NCBI GenBank assembly: GCA_045588915.1
Contig: JAZNFA010000007.1
Coordinates: forward strand, 1,851-65,850
Origin: Clostridia bacterium
GTDB lineage: Bacteria > Bacillota > Clostridia > Christensenellales > UBA1242
Length of the DNA stretch: 64,000 nt
Direction: 5' to 3'
A program made the translations under genes and the position numbers. The notes below the pieces were generated by a model. That model searched no databases. It was not told the origin of the DNA and saw only the letters and a list, made by a program, of their open reading frames with translations. Positions within the stretch are counted from its first letter, which is position 1; every line of letters starts with the position of its first letter. This document shows positions 18,138 to 27,336 of the stretch, piece by piece.

Positions 18138-21100
18138 ATGGGAAATTTATTTTCAAATTGGACTTGGTTTAACGAAGATGGCAAACCTGGCGCATATATG
18201 TGGGCTGTTTGCACGATTGTTGCTGTTATTGTTTTTGCAACAATTATTTTTATGATTTATCGTTTATATGGCCGTAATGGTAAAAAGAATACGAACAACC
18301 TTGTTCAAAATAATTATGCCACAAATAACGATGTTCAGGTTATTCAAACTCCGTATGAAAAACGTGAGGACAGCCAATTAGAATTTTATGATCCTGAAAA
18401 GGCACGTGCTGAAGCTTTGAAAATTGAGCAAGCTGAAGCCGAAAGAAAACGCGAAGAAGAAGCGCGTTTAGAAGCTATGATGAAAGAAGAAGAACGTAAA
18501 CGTAAAGACTTGGAAGCAAAGGAACGTGCTTTCGAAGAAAAACGTCAACGTGAAGAAGAAGCTCGTTTGGAACGTGAACGTCAAGCTGAAGAAAGAATTG
18601 CTGAAAAAGAACGTCGCGCTGAAGAACGTATGGCAGAGAGAGAACGTATTCGTGCAGAAAAAGAAGCAGTAAAAAATACAAAAAATGCTAATGACTTCTT
18701 TGCTGATAACGATAATGCTGATGCTTTTAGTTTTGGTGATGATAGCTTCGGTGGTCAAGATGATGCTATTGATTTTTGGAATCAGTCACAAAATCCTAAT
18801 CAAGGTCGACAAAATGAACCCATTATTACACCAATGCCAGCAGCACAAGAAGCAGTTTCAACCGTGGACCCTCGTATGGAAAAACTTATGGCTGAGTTGG
18901 AAAATCAAAAACAAGCTGAACAAGAACGTTTTGCTGGTTTAATGGCAGAACTTGAAAAACAGAAACAGGAAACAGCTCGTTTACAAGATGAATTGCAAGA
19001 TAAGAAAAAATCTGAAGATTTAATTAGCCAAGCAAAAAAAGAAATGGAACAGATGATAAAAGATAGCCAGGCTAAAATGAAAGATCTAGAATCTACCGAA
19101 AAAACAAATAAGGACGATAAGAACTTATTAGAAGAAATTAAAAATGTATTAGCAGCAGAACGTGAAGCACAAGAATTGCGTTTACGCGAACAAGAAAACA
19201 GTTTAGCGGCTGTGTTAAATGCAATGGAAAACGAACGCCGTGTTAAGGAAGAAAATGCATATAATGCACAACAAGAAGCTAAAAAAGAAAACGAATTTGT
19301 AAAAATGCAAAATCAATACCAAGACGCAATTATGCAAATGCAAGCTAAATTTCAAGAAATGCTAAATGATTCTAATGCACAAAAACAAACCAATCGTTAT
19401 GGCACAAATGATACCGAATCGCAAAGTGTTTATCAAATGCAATTAGAACGTGAACGTGCTGAAACGGCAGCTTTGATTGAACAAATGCAACACGAAGTTG
19501 ACCGTATGAATGCAGAACGTGAAGCAGAACGTCGTGAATACGAAAAGAAACAAAAAGCCTTAGATGTTACTTTGGCAGAAGCTTTGCAAACTCAACGTAA
19601 CGAATTTGAACAAGCACAACAACGTGTCGCAGAAGCAAATGCAGCGAATGTAGAAAAAATCTTACAAGATATTGAAAGACAACGTGCACAAGAGCAAGAA
19701 ATGTTCAATAATATCTTGAACGAATTAGCAGCAGAACGTGAAGACAACAATCAAGCAAAAGCTGCATTAGAACAAATGGTGCGTGATAGTGAAGCTCGTA
19801 TTCAACATTTAGAAAGTCAAGCTTTACCACGTGGTTTGGATGAAGAATCAATTGCTTCATTAAAAGAAGTTTTGGCTACAGAACGTGAAGAGCAATTGAA
19901 ACGTATGGAAGAATACAAAAACGAAATTGAAATTTTACGTGAAACAATTACTGCTGAACGTGAACAAAAACAAAATAATGAAGATGAAGATGCTGGCAAC
20001 CAAGTAGTTTATACTACACGTGAAACCGAAGTTGATGCTGAGATGAAAGCACGTATGGATGCAATGCAAAACGAAATTCAATATTTAAATGAATTAAGAG
20101 AAGCAGAACGTGCTGAATCTGAAAAACGTCATACTGAATTGTTGGAAAAATTGAACCGTACAATTGTAACTGGTGACAATGCGAAAAACCCAGAAACTCA
20201 ACAAGTTGAACGTGAAAATGTAGAGCGTATTTTAACAACTGAACGTGACCGTCTTGATGATATTATGGCTGAACTAGAAGAAAGTCGTGAAGATACTAAA
20301 AGAGCACAAGCTGCAATGCAACAATTGATTCAAGAAAGTTCGGATTTGATAAATCAATTAAATAATAAAAAAGAAAATCGTGGCATTGATGAAGAAACAA
20401 TGGCTGCATTAAAAGAATTGTTAGCTCATGAACGCGATATGCAAGAAAAACGTTTAGTTGAACACGAAGACCGTTTAAATATGGCTGTTTCAGCAATTGA
20501 AGGACAAAATCAGGCAGAGGAACAAAATAAAAATGCAGTAGCTGCTTATGAACAAGTAATTGCTGAAATGCGTGAACAATACGAAAATGAATTAAATGCT
20601 TTACGTGAAACCATTGCAAATCAAACAGCTATTGAAAAAGCTCAATCAAAAGCATCCAATCAGGATGAAGATGATGAAGGTGGTAATGAAGTTCAATTTA
20701 ACCAATCTAATGGAGTTAATGAAGAAGTATTGGCTCAATTAGAACGTTTGCAACAAAACATCGCTGAAATGGAAGAAAGTAGAAATGCTGAAAAAGCTCA
20801 ATTTGAACAACGCTATGGTGAATTAAACAAAGCAATGGAAGATTCATTGAAAGTTCAACGTTTAGAAATGGAGCTGGAAAAAGAACGTGAAATCAACGAA
20901 TTAAAAATGCAACAAGCTTTGGAAGCACAACGTCACGAAATTGAAATTGCAAATGAACAAGAATTAGAAGCACAACGCCAAGCTTTAGAAGCAGCTAAAC
21001 AAGAGGAACTGGAAGCACAACGTTTAGAGTTGGAAGCGCAACGTCAGGCGTTAGAAGCCGCAAAAGAACAGGAACTTAATGCACAATTAGAAGCGATTGC

Positions 21101-22739
21101 GGCAAAAGAACAAGAAATGGCTGAACAATTAGAGGCTGTGGAAGTAGTAAAGCAACAAGAATTAGCGGCTCAACGTGAAGCAATCGAAATTGAAAAAGAA
21201 CAAATGATGGCTGAACAACAATCAGTTGTGCAACCTGATGTAAATGAACAAGCTAATGCGATTATTGCAACTTTCAAGGAAGAAATGAATCGTCAATATG
21301 AGAATTTCGTTACATTGTTGAATGAAAAGAAATTAGCAAAAGAACTAGAAAAAGATATAACTGAAGATCTAATTGAAGAAGTTAGTCCAGAAGCACAAGC
21401 TGCATTAAAAGAGCAATTTGATGTACAAGAAATGATGGAACAATTACGCGAAGAACGTAAGGCAGCACGTGCAGAAGCACAAGCATTGCGTGAAGAGTTA
21501 GAAGCGCAACGTATGGAAACTGAAGCTAAGTTAATGAAACAATTATCCGAAGTTAAAGAAGGTTTAGTTTCTGAGTTGTCTAGTGAGTTAGAAATTAAAG
21601 AAAAATTTGATGCTATGGAGCGTGAAATCGAAGCGCATAACCAAGAAAAATTAAAACAAAATGAAGAAGAAGAAGCACGTATTAAGCAAGAATACGAAGA
21701 ATTTAAACAACGTATTGCTGATGAAGTTGTTGCCTTGGAAGAAAAGAATGCAGCATTGCAAGCTGAATTAGAAAAAGCGCGTGCGGAAAAATCAAATGAT
21801 GACGAAGTAAAACAAGCTGAGTATGAAGAAAATGAAAAACGTTTACGTGAAAAATATATGCAATTACGTAATGAATTAATGAAAGAAGCTGAACAAGTAA
21901 CCAAACAATCTGAAGAAATTGCTGCTGAAAAACAAGTAATTGAAGATAAGAAAAAAGACTTGGAAGAAGAAAAAGCTCGTTTACAAAATGAAGTTGCAAT
22001 GTTAAAACAACAAGTTTTGGAAATTAAAACTCAAGATAACGAACAAGGTGGTGTAGTTACTGAAGAACAGTTAGCTGAAATTCGTGCTTCGTTAGAAGCT
22101 GAATATCAACAACGTGAAAGAGAAATGCTTGATAAATTAGAAGAAGAAAAACAATCTTTGGTTGAACGTGAAGCTCAGTTGAAAAAGAAAGAAACTGCAA
22201 TTGAACAAGAAGAAGAACGTATTCGTGAACAATCTAAAGCAGTTACTTCAATGATCACAAATCGTGAATATACCAAAGAAGAACGTGAACGCTTGGTTAT
22301 GGATTATACTGTTAAACTTCAAGATTTAGAAGAACGTTTGCGTCAAAACGAAAAAGCTTTACGTGAAAATAACCGTGAGTTTATTCCTTTGCGTCGTATT
22401 AAGAATACTTTGGATCGTGATTTGCGCTTATTACGTAAACGTGAAGCAATCGTTGCTAAACAAGAAGTTTTAGTATATGGTGTCAATAATATTTCAACTG
22501 TTGATCCAGAACGTATCAAAAAGTTAGAGCAAGATGTTAAACAATTGACAAGTTTACAACAAAGTGTTGCTAACTGCGAAACAATCTTGAATAAAAACAA
22601 AGATCGTTATCCAACATTAGAAAACTTAGATAGGGTTTTACGTGCTCAAAACGAACAAATCCACCGTGATTTAGAAGAAGTGAAGTCGGCAATGGCAATG
22701 TTCAGTGATGAAAGTGCTGCTGGTGAAGCACAAGAGTAA
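18138..22739 (+). CDS. 1533-aa membrane-anchored coiled-coil protein of unknown function
   Basis: Single N-terminal TM, then E/Q/K/A/R-rich helical sequence with internal repeats; AAGGGG RBS; TAATG coupling to ruvX. Confidence 0.85.
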   Translation: MGNLFSNWTWFNEDGKPGAYMWAVCTIVAVIVFATIIFMIYRLYGRNGKKNTNNLVQNNYATNNDVQVIQTPYEKREDSQLEFYDPEKARAEALKIEQAEAERKREEEARLEAMMKEEERKRKDLEAKERAFEEKRQREEEARLERERQAEERIAEKERRAEERMAERERIRAEKEAVKNTKNANDFFADNDNADAFSFGDDSFGGQDDAIDFWNQSQNPNQGRQNEPIITPMPAAQEAVSTVDPRMEKLMAELENQKQAEQERFAGLMAELEKQKQETARLQDELQDKKKSEDLISQAKKEMEQMIKDSQAKMKDLESTEKTNKDDKNLLEEIKNVLAAEREAQELRLREQENSLAAVLNAMENERRVKEENAYNAQQEAKKENEFVKMQNQYQDAIMQMQAKFQEMLNDSNAQKQTNRYGTNDTESQSVYQMQLERERAETAALIEQMQHEVDRMNAEREAERREYEKKQKALDVTLAEALQTQRNEFEQAQQRVAEANAANVEKILQDIERQRAQEQEMFNNILNELAAEREDNNQAKAALEQMVRDSEARIQHLESQALPRGLDEESIASLKEVLATEREEQLKRMEEYKNEIEILRETITAEREQKQNNEDEDAGNQVVYTTRETEVDAEMKARMDAMQNEIQYLNELREAERAESEKRHTELLEKLNRTIVTGDNAKNPETQQVERENVERILTTERDRLDDIMAELEESREDTKRAQAAMQQLIQESSDLINQLNNKKENRGIDEETMAALKELLAHERDMQEKRLVEHEDRLNMAVSAIEGQNQAEEQNKNAVAAYEQVIAEMREQYENELNALRETIANQTAIEKAQSKASNQDEDDEGGNEVQFNQSNGVNEEVLAQLERLQQNIAEMEESRNAEKAQFEQRYGELNKAMEDSLKVQRLEMELEKEREINELKMQQALEAQRHEIEIANEQELEAQRQALEAAKQEELEAQRLELEAQRQALEAAKEQELNAQLEAIAAKEQEMAEQLEAVEVVKQQELAAQREAIEIEKEQMMAEQQSVVQPDVNEQANAIIATFKEEMNRQYENFVTLLNEKKLAKELEKDITEDLIEEVSPEAQAALKEQFDVQEMMEQLREERKAARAEAQALREELEAQRMETEAKLMKQLSEVKEGLVSELSSELEIKEKFDAMEREIEAHNQEKLKQNEEEEARIKQEYEEFKQRIADEVVALEEKNAALQAELEKARAEKSNDDEVKQAEYEENEKRLREKYMQLRNELMKEAEQVTKQSEEIAAEKQVIEDKKKDLEEEKARLQNEVAMLKQQVLEIKTQDNEQGGVVTEEQLAEIRASLEAEYQQREREMLDKLEEEKQSLVEREAQLKKKETAIEQEEERIREQSKAVTSMITNREYTKEERERLVMDYTVKLQDLEERLRQNEKALRENNREFIPLRRIKNTLDRDLRLLRKREAIVAKQEVLVYGVNNISTVDPERIKKLEQDVKQLTSLQQSVANCETILNKNKDRYPTLENLDRVLRAQNEQIHRDLEEVKSAMAMFSDESAAGEAQE

Positions 22740-23161
22740 TGCGCTGTTTGGGAATCGATTATGGTAGGCGAAGAATTGGGATAGCATTGTCTGACCCAAC
22801 TTTGCTTATTGCTACACCTTTAACGATTGTTGAAAATCGTGGTATTAAAAAAACTTTACTTCAAATTTTGGATATTATTCAAAAAAATGATGTGCAACAA
22901 ATTGTGGTTGGTTTGCCTTTACACGCGAATGGTGATGAAAGTGAAATGTCACAAGAGGCTCGTCAGTTTGGGGATGCTTTTGTAAAATTGGGTTTCCCAG
23001 TGGAATTTGTTGATGAAAGATGTACCTCTTTTGAAGCTGAATCAATCATTGGTAATCATCGTGAAAAGAAAAATTTAATTGACAAAGTAGCTGCTTCAAT
23101 TATACTTCAATTATATCTTGACGAAAGGAGAAAGTCGTTAAATGAAAGCAAAAATCACTAA
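22739..23161 (+). CDS. ruvX: Holliday junction resolvase-like / pre-16S rRNA nuclease YqgF
   Basis: LGIDYG.RRIGIA.SD, VVGLP, VDER.TS, IDKVAA.IILQ. Confidence 0.95.
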   Translation: MRCLGIDYGRRRIGIALSDPTLLIATPLTIVENRGIKKTLLQILDIIQKNDVQQIVVGLPLHANGDESEMSQEARQFGDAFVKLGFPVEFVDERCTSFEAESIIGNHREKKNLIDKVAASIILQLYLDERRKSLNESKNH

Positions 23162-23342
23162 TACTTGTATTTGTTGTGGTTCATGTGCTGCTATTTGTCC
23201 AGTTGCTGCAATTAGTCCGTCGGCTGCTGGTGACAAATATGAGGTCGATCCAAACAAATGTATTGCTTGTACAGCATGCATCAATGCTTGCCCAGTAGAA
23301 GCAATTGTTGCTGACCATTCTGATGAAGAAGGAGGTAAGTAA
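23142..23342 (+). CDS. 2x[4Fe-4S] ferredoxin
   Basis: CICCGSCAAICP and CIACTACINACP; AAGGAG RBS. Confidence 0.9.
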   Translation: MKAKITNTCICCGSCAAICPVAAISPSAAGDKYEVDPNKCIACTACINACPVEAIVADHSDEEGGK

Positions 23343-23629
23343 TGGTTTACGAAAGTATTCTTGAAAAATTATTTGATGAAAAAAATGATGACATTATTGA
23401 ATTAGTACAAGATGGTGGTAATGTTGTTAAGTTTGAACAAATTGCTGTTGTTGTTTATGGTGGACAATATTATGCAATTTTGCACCCACTTGAATTAAAA
23501 AATGATGAAGTCGTGATTTTTAGAATCATTGAAGAAGATGAAGATAGTTTGGATTTAGTTATTGATGAAGAATTATCAAAAAAAATTTTGGAGGTATATG
23601 CAGAAGATGTCAACGAAGAAAATAAATAA
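23342..23629 (+). CDS. DUF1292 family acidic protein
   Basis: I.L..D.G..V.FEQIA....G..YAIL.P pattern; usual position downstream of ruvX. Confidence 0.75.
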   Translation: MVYESILEKLFDEKNDDIIELVQDGGNVVKFEQIAVVVYGGQYYAILHPLELKNDEVVIFRIIEEDEDSLDLVIDEELSKKILEVYAEDVNEENK

Positions 23630-24155
23630 AAACGTGATCTGGCATTCAATGAATCCAGAACGTGTAACTACAGACGAATTTGTGGCAGTTATTGAAATTT
23701 CTAAAGGAAGCAAGAAAAAATACGAATTAGATAAAGAAACAGGTTTAATTATGTTGGATCGTGTTTTGCGTACGGCAACTCATTATCCATGTTCTTATGG
23801 ATTAATTCCATTAACTTTATCGGAAGATAACGATCCATTGGATGTTATGGTTATTTGTTCAGAAACTTTGGATCCAAATACTTTAGTGAAATGTCGTCCT
23901 GTCGGGGTAATCGAAATGATTGATAAGGGTGAGAAGGATGAAAAAATTATTGCAGTAGCTGCAGATGATCCTTATGTAAATCATTATCAAGATATCGATG
24001 ATTTGCCAAAAATTTTAGTAGATGAAATTGAACATTTCTTGAAAGTGTACAAGAATACAACAGATAAAGTTGAAGTATTTGCGCCAAAGGGTAAAGCAGA
24101 AGCTAAGAAAGTAATTCAAGATGCAATTGACATGTATAAACGTGACGTGTTATAA
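23607..24155 (+). CDS. ppa: Soluble inorganic pyrophosphatase (family I); start uncertain (23598 or 23607)
   Basis: KYELDK, YP.SYG.IP, EDNDPLDV, DKGEKDEKII. Confidence 0.92.
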   Translation: MSTKKINKNVIWHSMNPERVTTDEFVAVIEISKGSKKKYELDKETGLIMLDRVLRTATHYPCSYGLIPLTLSEDNDPLDVMVICSETLDPNTLVKCRPVGVIEMIDKGEKDEKIIAVAADDPYVNHYQDIDDLPKILVDEIEHFLKVYKNTTDKVEVFAPKGKAEAKKVIQDAIDMYKRDVL

Positions 24156-24267
24156 TACAAGCACATTAAAATTTCACTTCGGTTGTGAGTATTTACTTGT
24201 TGCGGAAAAGTCCGTTTAGCGAATATGTTGACAAATCGAAGGCAGACAAACAAGGAGGAAAATAAAA
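24127..24267 (+). promoter_or_regulatory. rpsB promoter embedded in the ppa 3' end plus a ~105-nt leader (probable S2 autoregulatory RNA)
   Basis: TTGACA 24127-24132, TGtTATAAT with TATAAT 24151-24156 overlapping the ppa stop; long leader before GGAGG RBS. Leader function is inferred from position only. Confidence 0.55.
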
Positions 24268-25101
24268 ATGTCAGTAATTTCAATGAAACAACTTTTGGAG
24301 TCAGGGACTCATTTTGGTCACCAAGTGAGCAAATGGAATCCAAAAATGAAGAAGTATATCTTCACAGCACGTAATAACGTACATATTTTAGATTTAGAGC
24401 AAACTACAGTTCTAATCGATCGTGCGTACGAATTTTTACGTGACCAAGTAGCAGCAGGTAAAAAAGTTTTATTTGTTGGTACAAAAAAACAAGCAGAAGA
24501 AGCAATTAAAACAGAAGCAGAACGATGTGGTGCTTACTATGTAAATAGTCGTTTCTTGGGTGGTACTTTAACAAATTTTGCTACAATTCGTAGTCGTGTT
24601 GAACGTATGAATAAATTGCACAATATGGAAAAAATGGGTGAATTTGCTTATTTGCCTAAAAAAGAAGTTGCTAAGTTAATGGATGAGCGTGAAAAATTAG
24701 AAAAGAATTTGCGTGGTATTGCTGAAATGACTTCTTTGCCTGGTGTGTTGGTTGTTGTTGATTCTAAGAAAGAGCATATTGCTGTTGGGGAAGCACGTAA
24801 ATTAGGTATTCCAGTTATCGGTGTTATTGATACTAATTGCGATCCAGATGATGTTGATGTGATCATTCCAGCAAATGATGATGCTACACGTAGTGTAAGT
24901 TTAATTTTGGCTGCATTAGCTGACGCTGTTATTGAAGCTAAAGAAGGTGTTGAATTACGTTCAACAGTTAGCGAAAAAGAAACTGTTTCAATGGCTGCTG
25001 CAATTAAAACTAAGGCTGTATTGGAACCAGTTGAACAAAAAGAAGATGATGCTACCGTAAGTACGGAAAAAACAAAAACAGTTAAAAATGGAGATAAATA
25101 A
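24268..25101 (+). CDS. rpsB: 30S ribosomal protein S2
   Basis: LLESGTHFGH, WNPKM, FVGTKKQA, LGGTLTNF, IPANDD. Confidence 0.98.
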   Translation: MSVISMKQLLESGTHFGHQVSKWNPKMKKYIFTARNNVHILDLEQTTVLIDRAYEFLRDQVAAGKKVLFVGTKKQAEEAIKTEAERCGAYYVNSRFLGGTLTNFATIRSRVERMNKLHNMEKMGEFAYLPKKEVAKLMDEREKLEKNLRGIAEMTSLPGVLVVVDSKKEHIAVGEARKLGIPVIGVIDTNCDPDDVDVIIPANDDATRSVSLILAALADAVIEAKEGVELRSTVSEKETVSMAAAIKTKAVLEPVEQKEDDATVSTEKTKTVKNGDK

Positions 25102-25103
25102 TC

Positions 25104-25751
25104 ATGAGTGATATTATGAAATTAAAAGAAGCAACTGGAGCAGGGGTTCTAGATTGCAAAAAAGCATTAGACGAAACAAAAGGTGATTACGAGAAGGCTG
25201 TTGCTTTATTACGTGAAAAAGGCAAAGCAAAAGCTTTGAAAAAAGGAAGTAGTGATCGTATTGCTTGTGAAGGTATGGTTGGTTCATACATTCACATGGG
25301 TGGTAAAATTGGTGTTTTAGTTGAAATTAACTGTGAAACTGATTTTGCTCAAAAGAGTGAACATTTTAATCAGTTAGTTAAAGATGTAGCAATGCATATT
25401 GCTGCTGCAAATCCTAAATATGTAACTGCTGATGAAGTTCCTGCATCTGTTTTAGAACAAGAAAAGGAAATTTTGAAAAAACAAGCAATGGAAGAAGGAA
25501 AACCTGCTGCTATTGCTGAAAAAATGGTTGAAGGTCGTGTAAAGAAATATTACCAAGATTATTGCTTAATGGATCAACCATTCGTTAAAGATGGCTCAAA
25601 AACCATTAAGGATATTGTAAACGAAACCATTGCTTTTGTTGGTGAAAAAATTACGATTCGTCGTTTTGTTCGCTATGAAATGGGCGAAGGTATTGAAAAA
25701 CCAAAAGAAGATTTTGCTGCTGAAGTTTCAAAGACTATTGCTGCACAATAA
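25104..25751 (+). CDS. tsf: Elongation factor Ts (short form)
   Basis: TGAG..DCKKAL, EINCETDF, AMHIAA, RRFVRYE.GEG. Confidence 0.97.
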   Translation: MSDIMKLKEATGAGVLDCKKALDETKGDYEKAVALLREKGKAKALKKGSSDRIACEGMVGSYIHMGGKIGVLVEINCETDFAQKSEHFNQLVKDVAMHIAAANPKYVTADEVPASVLEQEKEILKKQAMEEGKPAAIAEKMVEGRVKKYYQDYCLMDQPFVKDGSKTIKDIVNETIAFVGEKITIRRFVRYEMGEGIEKPKEDFAAEVSKTIAAQ

Positions 25752-25762
25752 GGGGGAATGTT

Positions 25763-26338
25763 ATGGATTATCTTAACGAAAAACTTAATGAATTACTTAT
25801 TAACTATGAGGAAAAATTAAGTAAACGCTTCGATTATCTAAAAAATGAATTTATTGCTGTTCGTGCTGGACGAGTAGATACACGTATTGTTGAACGTGTG
25901 ACGGTCGATTATTTTGGAACAATGACTCCAATTAAAAATTTGGCCAACATTTCATGTACTGATGCGAGAACTATTGTTGTTAATCCATGGGATGCATCTA
26001 TTTTATCTTCAATGGTAAAAGCGTTGGGTGCTGCTAATTTAGGCGCAACACCAGTTGATGATGGTCGTCTTATTCGTTTAGTTTTTCCTCAATTAACTGC
26101 TGATACTCGTAAAGATTTGGTTAAAAAGGTTAGCAAAATTGCAGAAGAAGCACGTGTTAGTATGCGCAATGAACGTCGTGATGCTTTAGATCAATTAAAA
26201 AAGATCAATAATGCTGAAAAGATTAGCGAAGATGATGTTAAGAACGTAGAACATGATGTTCAAAAAATTCTCGATGATTATATTGCGAATGTAGATACTG
26301 CTTTAAATCAGAAAGAAAAAGATATTATGACAATATAA
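25763..26338 (+). CDS. frr: Ribosome recycling factor
   Basis: VRAGR, VDYFG, DGRLIRL.FP.LT...R, RNERRD. Confidence 0.96.
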   Translation: MDYLNEKLNELLINYEEKLSKRFDYLKNEFIAVRAGRVDTRIVERVTVDYFGTMTPIKNLANISCTDARTIVVNPWDASILSSMVKALGAANLGATPVDDGRLIRLVFPQLTADTRKDLVKKVSKIAEEARVSMRNERRDALDQLKKINNAEKISEDDVKNVEHDVQKILDDYIANVDTALNQKEKDIMTI

Positions 26339-26379
26339 TTTTCTAGACGATATTTTAAATTTATGTTATAGTTTTTATT

Positions 26380-27333
26380 ATGGTTATTACTAATTTTGGT
26401 AAAAGGTGTTTGACGGCATCAATTTTAGTTTTGTTATTTAGTGCCCTGATGGTTTCTCGTGCTTTCGGTGGCACTTTTGGCGTATACGCATTTGATGTTT
26501 TAGTTTTATTAGCGACAGGTATCGGAACCTGGGAAATTTGTAATGCTTGTAAGTTAAACCGTCGTGGTGCAAGTGCTATTGTTGTTTATGTAATTGAAGG
26601 GTTAATTTATTTCTTTTATGTACTTAGCAACGTATTTTTTAAAGAGGCGTTAGCTTGGTGGTTACAATTAATTGTTTCGTTAATTATTATTGCAATTTTT
26701 GTCTTGTTTGTTGGTTTGTCAAATATGATTGATAAAAAAATGGCAAAAGAATGTGCTTTGCAGAAAAAGAGTTTTAATAAAGAGGCTTGGGGTGGTGTGT
26801 TGGATTTATTGTATATGCTTTTTTACCCAGGTGTTTTCTTTGCATGTGCAATAATTATGAATCATATGACAACTGATGATGTTGGTTTATTTGGTTTACT
26901 TTTAGTTATTTTTATTTCGTGTTTTACAGATATTTTTGCTTATTGTGTTGGCATGGTGTTGGGAAAGGGTTCGCCAAAAATGTCGCCGAAAATTAGTCCA
27001 AAGAAAACTTGGGTTGGTTTTGTTGGTGGTTTGTTTGGTGGAATATTAGGTGCTTTGATTGTTGTTTGGATCATCAGTAGTAATACTGCTTTATCTAACC
27101 GATTATTCCGTTTAACTAAAGATGCATCTTTGACACAAATCTTGTTTTTAGTGGTTGGTTTGGCTGGCGCTATTGTAACAACCTTAGGCGACTTATACGC
27201 AAGTTTTATTAAACGCAAAGTTGCTATCAAGGATTTTGGTAATCTGTTACCTGGTCATGGTGGGGTTATGGATCGTGTTGATGGTATTATTCTAAATGTG
27301 CCATTCATATTGTTAATTATGGGGATAATATAA
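26380..27333 (+). CDS. cdsA: Phosphatidate cytidylyltransferase
   Basis: Polytopic membrane protein; ISPKKTW.G, S.IKR...IKDFG.LLPGHGGVMDRVD. Confidence 0.92.
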   Translation: MVITNFGKRCLTASILVLLFSALMVSRAFGGTFGVYAFDVLVLLATGIGTWEICNACKLNRRGASAIVVYVIEGLIYFFYVLSNVFFKEALAWWLQLIVSLIIIAIFVLFVGLSNMIDKKMAKECALQKKSFNKEAWGGVLDLLYMLFYPGVFFACAIIMNHMTTDDVGLFGLLLVIFISCFTDIFAYCVGMVLGKGSPKMSPKISPKKTWVGFVGGLFGGILGALIVVWIISSNTALSNRLFRLTKDASLTQILFLVVGLAGAIVTTLGDLYASFIKRKVAIKDFGNLLPGHGGVMDRVDGIILNVPFILLIMGII

Positions 27334-27336
27334 TAG

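Noticed and set aside
18468-22600. Long antisense ORFs (e.g. 21293-21904) inside the coiled-coil gene
   Set aside because: Shadow frames of GAA/CAA/GCA-biased coding; low complexity with no independent signals.
18138-22739. SMC/SbcC or phage tape-measure assignment
   Set aside because: No Walker A/B or hinge motifs; no phage genes nearby.
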